Source: Vicugna vicugna (lineage: Eukaryota). Taken from it: DNA of 64,000 nt. The position numbers and the translations under genes were made by a program. The notes beneath the pieces were generated by a model, which was not told the origin of the DNA, did not search any database, and worked only from the letters and a program-made list of their open reading frames with translations. Positions 56,447 through 64,000 of this stretch are shown in pieces. Within the stretch, counting starts at the first letter, position 1, and every line of letters begins with the position of its first letter. The stretch lies in assembly GCA_013265495.1 (NCBI GenBank), contig MU057847.1, positions 139,875 to 203,874 of the forward strand, in the 5' to 3' direction.

Positions 56447-57549
56447 GTGTCACTAAAGTGATTGTGGGCTATGGCTGCAGACCCGCCACTCAGCTTCCTT
56501 TCAAGAATCCCCAGAATCAATCCAAGAAATATCTGAAACAAAAGCAGCCCCACCTCATACAACACAGTAGGGTAAATGAAATGACAGAAGCAATCGCTGG
56601 CACTGCAGAGACCGAGCAAGACTTCTTTTAGCAATAAATCACAATCCCACAAATCAGCATGCCTCAGATTTCCTTTTTTCCTGATGACGCTGTGGGTAGG
56701 GAGATGACTCAGATCCTATCTGCTGTCGTTCCTACGCCAACACCTGCACAGTCTTTATACTTCCCAGCATGACTTTCAGCTAGGGCTGGTTTTTCTCTGT
56801 AATCTCTGGCTCAGGGCCCAGGGAGAACAGGTCCAAATTTCAGGGTGGTTAAATACAGAGCCCAATGTAAGTTGTTCACTGATGCTCATGCAGGAACTCT
56901 CTTGTAGCTATTTTTAAAAATGCTTTAAAGGAACATTAACTTTATGTTTATGACATCCCCCAGTTCCTTCTCAAGTGTTGTTTTTGAGCATTTGTTTGGT
57001 TCCAAACTGTGCTAATCTACTGAGGGGGTGGAAAAGGTGGTATAACTAAAGTATCTGATGCTAACCTTATTCTCAGGAGTGTACAACCTGACTGCGGAGG
57101 CAGCAAATTATTGACAAACAGAACAAGACCATGGAGACCAAACAATGTGCTAAATTAAACGTTTCTTGGAATGCCACTGGTACTTGTCCCATAGAAGCAG
57201 GAGGAATTCTCACAGGAAGAGTGCACTGTGGGCCAAGGAAGGCTTTGTGGAGGAAGGGGGGGGTAAAATACACTTTAGACCAAAGAGGTTTGGGGGGAGC
57301 ATTTCAAGCTTTGATTTATCTTTGGTATAAAGTGAATTGGGATAACTAATTAATTTTGAGGGAATTCTGCAGTGCTCCTTTAAGACTGTTGGAGCCTATC
57401 CAGGATGTCACAGAATAAGTGTTAGAAATGTTCACTTTTTACTATAATCCCAGCTCTCCTGAGAAATGTTGCCCAGCAGCTATCTGCACATTTCATCATA
57501 TATAAATTTTCTCACATTTGGAAAAACCATAGAATCACAAGTGTGTAAA

Positions 57550-57750
57550 TGGGAAGGGTATAGCTCAGTGGTAGAGCACATGCTTAGTTAGCATGCAGGA
57601 AGTCCTGGGTTCAATCCCTTAAAAAATAAAGTCCTCCCTTAAAAAATAAAATAAATAAATCTGACTACCTCCCCCATCAAAAAAGAAGATTACTTAAAAT
57701 ACATGTTAAAGATGGAAACTGAGAGAAATAAAGACAGAAATTTTTTAAAA
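57550..57750 (+). mobile_element. tRNA-derived SINE (Vic-1-like) with long A-rich tail
   Basis: gggtatagctcagtggtagagc A box, gggttcaatccc B box; TSD-like aagtgtgtaaa/aaatgtgtaaa. Confidence 0.85.
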
Positions 57751-57772
57751 AATGTGTAAAGACCTGCAACTT

Positions 57773-57866
57773 TTTTTTTTATTTACTTAGTGGAGTACCG
57801 AGGATTGAACCCAGGACCTCATACATGCTAAGCATGCACTCTACCAGCTGAGCTATACCCTCCCCC
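57773..57866 (-). mobile_element. tRNA-derived SINE (Vic-1-like)
   Basis: Perfect 14-bp TSD aagacctgcaactt 57759-57772/57867-57880. Confidence 0.9.
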
Positions 57867-58231
57867 AAGACCTGCAACTTCTGATGTCAAGGTTTGCCAG
57901 GGAGAATTCCTGTGTCACTGGCATCTGCAAAACCCCACTTATCACAAGTGATGGATATTCATCCTCATCTGCATTCTTTGTTGTCACTGTACATTATTTT
58001 AGTCATTCTGATAGGTGTCATATTCTTAGGTCATATGCTTATATTAATAGAGAACATTTCATATACTTTGTTCCCATACATGTCTCTATGGTTTCATTTT
58101 TTCAATATATTAAATACAGGGTTTCGGTACAGTGTGATTTTTTTATATGTCTTGTTTCTGATTGAAGAATAATTTTCTTAATTATGCTAATGATGTATCT
58201 TGGGCCCTGTATTTTTTAAAATTTTATCTCC

Positions 58232-58323
58232 TTTTTTTTTTTTTAGAGAAGGTACTGGGGATTGAACCCAGGACCTCGTGGATGCTAAGCATGTGCTCTA
58301 CCACTTGAGCTATACCTGCCCTC
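58232..58323 (-). mobile_element. tRNA-derived SINE (Vic-1-like)
   Basis: Poly-T followed by gtactggggattgaacccaggacctc...gagctatacc. Confidence 0.85.
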
Positions 58324-58399
58324 ACTAAGTACACATCTTTAGGGAAATCAAAGTGAAAACTTTTTTCAGCATGGTTGTTGACATTCTTGTTTTTGTTTT

Positions 58400-58820
58400 G
58401 TTTTTAAAATTTTTTATTTTACTGTGGTAAGAACACTTAACATGAGATTTACCTTTCCTAATGAATTTTTAAGTGCACAATACAGTAGCGTTAGCTATAG
58501 GCACAATGTTTTGCAGCAGATCTCTAGAATTTATTCATCTTGTTTAACAAAACTTTATGCCCATTGATTAGTTAACTCCCATGTTCCTTTCCCCACAATC
58601 CCTGACACCCATCATTCCACACTTGGATTCTATGAACTTGACAGTTTTAGATCCCTCATATAAGAGGAATCAGGCAATATTTGTCTTTCTATGACTAGCT
58701 TATTTCACTTAGCACAATGTCCTCCAAGTTCATCCATGTGACCAATAGAATTTCCTTCTGTTTTTAAGGCTGAATTAGTTCTACTGCATGTATATGCTAC
58801 ATTTTCTTTATCCATTCACC
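58400..58820 (-). mobile_element. L1 3'UTR fragment
   Basis: gtggtaagaacacttaacatgagatttacc... typical L1MA-type tail. Confidence 0.8.
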
Positions 58821-58860
58821 TGGTTTTCGTTTGTTTGTTTCCTAGTAACACCATTTTTTT

Positions 58861-59261
58861 AACCAATAAAGACATACAAATGGCCAATAGACACGTAAAA
58901 AAAACGCTCAATATCGCTAATTATCAGAGAAATGCAAATGAAAACTACAATGAGGTATCACTTCACACAAATTAGAATGGCCATCATTCAAAAATCCACA
59001 AATGATAAATGCTGGAGAGGGTGTGGAGAAAAGGGAACCCTCCTACACTGTTGGTGGGAATGCAGTTTGGTGCAGCCATTGTGGGAAACAGTATGGAGAT
59101 TCCTCAAAAGACTAAAAATAGACTTACCATATGATTCAGTAATCCCATTCCTGGGCATATATCCAGAGGGGACTCTAATTCAAAAAGATACATGCATCCC
59201 AATGTTCATAGCGCACTATTTAAAATAGCCAAGACATGGGAGCAACCTAAATGTCCATCAA
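58861..59261 (+). mobile_element. L1 ORF2 C-terminal fragment (likely the inverted part of a twin-primed insertion)
   Basis: [19 protein letters not shown]...[20 protein letters not shown]; flanked by tagtaacaccatt/tagtaacatcatt. Confidence 0.85.
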
Positions 59262-60289
59262 TAGTAACATCATTCTTGATCCATGTTTTAATCTTTAGTT
59301 TCTTGGGTTACAGTCCTAATGAGCGAGAAAGGGAGGATGTTTGTGTTTGTCACTTTTATTATATATGTACAACTTTTTCTAGAATTTATGAACTGCTTAC
59401 TATAACCACCAACCATGAAAATAAGTTCCTATTTGGCTATACAGTTAATAAGATTTATTGACTTTTAAACTTAATTGCAGACACATACATTAATTCTTGT
59501 CATTATCTTTTTGCTTTTCCTGTAAGTATAGGATGCTTCAATTACTTTGTATATGCAGCATCATTTTCATTTTATTTTCTAAATGGCTATAGATATGTAT
59601 GTACAGGAAAAAAAGGCTAAAAAAGACGACGGTGGTTTATGAGTAGTGGGACTGTGGGTGACTTTAATTTTTTTCTTTATAAATTTCTAAATTTAATTTT
59701 CTATAATGAGTATTATATTACCTTTAAAATGATAAAAATATTAAGGTAAACCCAATATAATGTATGGAGAAAGGCATATCACATAGTAAATATAAATAAA
59801 TGTTTATTGTATCTAAAAGACAAAATATTTTACATATTTTATAGATTTTCGTTTCATTTACTGTAAAATAAAGTGTTAATTTATCTTTTGTGCATGAAGC
59901 TTCTATATTTGGCTTTTAAATTTAATTTTTAAGTAATTTAAATTAATTTTAATGTGATTTATTTCCAGTATAATACTAGTAATGTTCTGGTTTGATTTTC
60001 AGTTTTTAATATTGTCCCCTTTGTTTTCCCTTTTCATCAGTGTCACCAGCATCAAAATAATAGATAGGCCAGAAAATCAAAAGTGGGTATGAAATAATCC
60101 TTTATAGACAAGATCTTCCTGTGTAGAAATATTTTAGTTTTATTTCATGTGTCTACTATACACTGAAGAAACATGCTTACATAATACATTTTCAAGTCTT
60201 TTTCTTAAATGTATTAAAATAGTTCTTGTAGAAGAAACAGCTAAGCTTTTAATCCTTTCTAAGATAACAACCTCATTATGCTTAATGAA

Positions 60290-61105
60290 ATGTCAGAGAA
60301 AGACAATACTGTATGTTATCACTTGCATGTGGAACCTGAAAACTAAAAAAAATGAATATAACTGTTTATAAAAAAATTAATCAATAGTCAATCTAAGAAA
60401 GAAATTTTATCCCAGCCAACCTGAGGATTATAATACAAGAGATAGACTTTCAGAAAGCTCTGAGGTCAAAGCAGTTAAAAAAGTTTTTGAGACAAAGGAT
60501 TATGCATCAAATTAACATATTGACAGTGTACATAGCCCAAGAAAGTGAGTACTGAGTCATCGTGACCCCTTACAGGATTGAGAAGGGAATGTTATCTCCC
60601 AAGGAGTTACTTTGATGGCGCCAGGAGAAAATTGCTTGTATTTGGGGAGTGGGGGGTGGGAGGGAATCAGATCTTCCTGTGTCTTCTAAGAGGATCTGGT
60701 TAATGCGTAATGCAGATACACAATGCATACTAAAGGGGAAGGTGTAGGGGCCCAAATGGACAGAGAGAGAATTTTATGTATAAAAGTTTTCTTGTTCTGC
60801 CTTAAAAGTAATTTTATTTCATCATAACAAAGAAGAAACAGTCTTACAGATATAGAGAACAAAATACTGGTTACCAGTGGGGAGAGGGAAGGGCAGAGGG
60901 GCAAGATAGGGGTAGGGGATTAAGAGGTACAAGCTACTAGATATAAAAAAATAAGCTACAAGGATATATGGTACAGTGCAGGGAAATAAGAGCCACTAGT
61001 TTATAATAACTTTAAATGGAGCACAAGCTATAAAAATATTGAATCACTATGTTGTACATCTGAAACTAACATAATACTGTAAATCAAATATACCTCAATA
61101 AAAAA
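60290..61105 (+). mobile_element. L1 3' end split by a solo LTR
   Basis: gtcagagaaagacaatactgtatg...aatgaatataac | aaagaagaaacag...atacctcaataaaaaa. Confidence 0.8.
60363..60824 (-). mobile_element. ERV1-class solo LTR
   Basis: TG...CA termini and perfect 4-bp TSD taac 60359-60362/60825-60828; cleanly interrupts an L1 3'UTR; strand inferred. Confidence 0.8.
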
Positions 61106-61637
61106 GATAATAACCTTAAGTATTTGGACTATAGTTAATGGCAGCTATTAAACTATGAAACTGAAAGAACACTTCTGTATATGAATTGGAATTTCCATAT
61201 TTTATAATTAAAAATACTGTGCTACGTTAAAAAATTTTAAAGCAAGTTAGCTCTGATTACAGCTATGAAACATATTTTCTTTTAAAACATGTTCTTTAAC
61301 ATTTTGATACGTCATCTTTTCAATTAATAACATGCTGACAACATTTTTTCTAAAAATGAGTGGAATATTTCCTTAGTTATGAATAAATCACAGACCCACA
61401 ATAACAAATTCCAATTCATGGCACTGTACCAATTATCTCTGAAACTTTAAATTTAGACCCCTACTTGCAGAGAAGCAACCCACTCACTATAGCAATGTAG
61501 AGGTCTGTGTGCCATGATTTTAGAAACTTTTGAAATATGTGAAATATCCTTGGTGAAATGTTCAGTCCTATTGTCTTAATGAGCTGTTAACAGAAAATCA
61601 GTTCTAAAGAACTCATCTCTTGCTGTGCAAACTTTTC

Positions 61638-61775
61638 TTTTTCTCTTTTTTTAACATTTTTTATTGAGTTATAGTCATTTTACAACTTTGTGTCAAATTC
61701 CAGTGTAGAGCACAATTTTTCAATTATACATGAACATATATATATTCATTGTCACATTTTTTTCACTGTGAGCTA
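61638..61775 (-). mobile_element. Very short young L1 3' end
   Basis: Perfect 14-bp TSD tgtgcaaacttttc 61624-61637/61776-61789; T-rich tail. Confidence 0.85.
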
Positions 61776-62039
61776 TGTGCAAACTTTTCAGTTGCTTCAC
61801 ATTGTTTCCCATGTTTTCCGCCTATATTTATCTCTTGATGAGCTGCTTGGTGACACAATACAGGTGGGAAGGGTGTCACCTGGAGACGTGTATCTATTTC
61901 AACTCCATTAAATCCAAACTTTCATTTTGAACTGAAGCACTGTGTTATAGAGATCTGATTGCCAGAGAAATACTAGAAAGGTTGTTAGGATTATTAGCAC
62001 TGAAACACTCAGTGCTAACTTTCCAGAATTTGGCCAGCT

Positions 62040-63366
62040 AAGTTCAAAATGGTAACAAATACAGCATTATATTGAAGCTAAAACTAGAAGTAACTAAGGT
62101 TTCCTTCAAAAGGTAAATGGATAAACACATTCTTCTATTTCCATACAATGGTATTCAACAATGCAAATAAACAAACTACTAGTTCATTCAACAGTACAGA
62201 TGGATTTTAGGTGGATTTTGCTAAGTCAGAGAAGTCAGACCAAAAAGATACATAAATGTATGATTCTATTCATATTACTTTCTGGAAGAGGCAAAACCAG
62301 AGAGATGGAAAACAGATTAATGGCTGCCAGAGGTTTGGAGAGGAGGAGAATTTGACTAGGGGAGGCACAAGAGATTATTTTCAGTGGGATAGAACTAATC
62401 AGTATGCTAGTAAGGTGGTAGACACAGGATGCTATGCTATGCATTTGTCAAAACCCTTAGAACTTTGCAGCACAGAGAGTAAACCTTAACGTAGGAAAAA
62501 AATTGCTTTCATCAACCAGGAGGTTGGAGGATCCCAGGATGAAATGCAGACTAATGAATCTAGCTGTATTTCAAATATACGACATAACTTCCCTGAATGG
62601 ATTGTGGAAAATGATGCTGACCCAAGTAACTTTGAAAAATGGTGTTTTGACTGGCTAATATAAAATTAAAGAGAAGAGTGTGCATAAACACTCTACTCTA
62701 GTTGGCAAAGTTATTTCTCATGGGGACACAGGTACAATTCTCAAATTGCTGTACATGTATACATTGAGTAATTAAGTGAAAGGATGGGAGCCAGGTTCCA
62801 TCTGTAGTGGGAGGTAGTAGTGGAAGGCGACAGATAAGCAAGAGGAGGAGGCTAGAATGACCCAAGTGGTAACCAATTTGTGATGTCAGTATGAACTCAT
62901 GTTCAGCTTAATACAGATACAGAAGGATAGATACAAAAATATTTCTTGATATGTGAGTATACATAGGTTAGTATGTATGCAAATATTTCCTAGCTCTGTT
63001 TGCTGACGGGGCCTAGAAGCAACAAAATCCTAGTAACGATGAGCACACCCAGTTCCTTGACTTTGGTTTCTAATGCTATTCTCCAGTGAAGGGAACCAGG
63101 CCTCCCTGGAGAAGTGGTTGATTCTAGGACTAGGGCAGGGAATATATAAGATGAGCCTGGAGCATCTTGTAGTGACAGAGAATAAGGAAGTGAAAGAAGG
63201 AAAGAAGGAAACAAGGAAGGAAAGAAAGAAAGGGAGGGAGGGGGGGAGGGAGGAAGGAAGGAAGGAAGGAAAGAAAGAAAGGAAGGAAGGAAGAAAGAAG
63301 GAAAGAAAGAAAGGAAGAAGGAAGGAAGGAAGGAAGGAAGGAAGGAAGGAAGGAAGGAAGGAAGGA

Positions 63367-63422
<56 letters not shown>

Positions 63423-64000
63423 CCCAAATGATGGGAGTATATCAAAGAGACACAGGAGCCAATCGAAAGAGTTTCCATGAACAAAGCTGAAACTACCTAA
63501 GCAACAATATATACAATGGTAGTATTGGATCATAATCCAAGTGTAAAATAAATATCCATGTGTCCATACTGATATAAACAAACCAAATCTGTGCTAAAGA
63601 ATTCCAAATAATTTGTATAGCTTCTCCGGCCTCAGAGAGGCAGAGTGTAACGCCCCAGTCTTTAAGTGTGAGCTGGGACACAGTGACCTCCTTCTGAAGA
63701 GTGCGTTATAGGAAGGAGTGGCGAGAAGAGTAATGTTATGGCAGAGAAAGCTGACAAGCACTACCTCCGACCAGGTCAATATCAACAGTAATAAGTTACA
63801 TTGATAGCAGGTACCTTTGATCTGATGTGGTTAGAACGTCACTTGACCTCTGTGGTCTTCCTCCCCTCCAACCCATAACCTCATGTTAAAAGCATCAGAT
63901 ATATCCCAGTGAGGGACAGTTTACAAAATACCTGACTAGTACAAGGTCATCAAAAACAAGGAAAGTGTGAGAAACTGTCACAGCCAAGAGGCGTCTAAGG
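62040..64000 (+). mobile_element. Old L1 (L1MC/MD-like) ORF2 end and long 3'UTR, running off the window
   Basis: gctaagtcagagaagtcagacc...; ccagtgaagggaaccaggcctccctggagaagtggttgattctagg; gagaaactgtcacagccaagagg. Confidence 0.8.
63185..63422. repeat. Compound (GGAA)n/(GAAA)n polypurine microsatellite
   Basis: About 235 nt almost purely purine on + strand. Confidence 0.95.

Noticed and set aside
57551..57620. tRNA gene-like sequence with A and B boxes
   Set aside because: It has an A-rich tail, TSD-like flanks and multiple diverged copies; it is a SINE head, not a tRNA gene.
62990..63581. F/L/S/P-rich and K/E/R/G-rich ORFs
   Set aside because: Translations of the (GGAA)n/(GAAA)n microsatellite.

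Overview
Mammalian genomic DNA, very probably camelid X chromosome. The camelid call rests on Vic-1-type tRNA-derived SINEs and the X call on gene content; both are inferences. Two convergent protein-coding genes can be reconstructed by hand. (1) KIAA1210 (CRACD/KIAA1211 family, DUF4592) lies on +. It is 5'-partial, with 10 phase-consistent coding exons from 2514 to the TAA at 34437-34439 (about 1608 aa in the window), including a 3528-nt exon built largely from a 108-nt/36-aa degenerate repeat. (2) A complete three-exon CT47-family cancer/testis gene (271 aa; probable CT47C1 orthologue) lies on -, from a CpG island at about 41.7-42.8 kb to a stop at 39964. The rest is intron or intergenic DNA dense in L1, L2, MIR, hAT, LTR and SINE relics; 43-64 kb appears gene-free. 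I see no CRISPR array or RNA gene and cannot support a wholly new biological system. The best leads are a TSD-flanked chimeric (unique sequence + LTR) retrocopy at 47.1-47.7 kb, a frame-preserving candidate cassette exon in the CT47 gene, two apparent splice-site shifts in KIAA1210, and repeat-unit homogenisation in the giant exon. Repeat family names and comparisons with human proteins come from recognition or memory, not searches. Repeat boundaries without TSDs are approximate.
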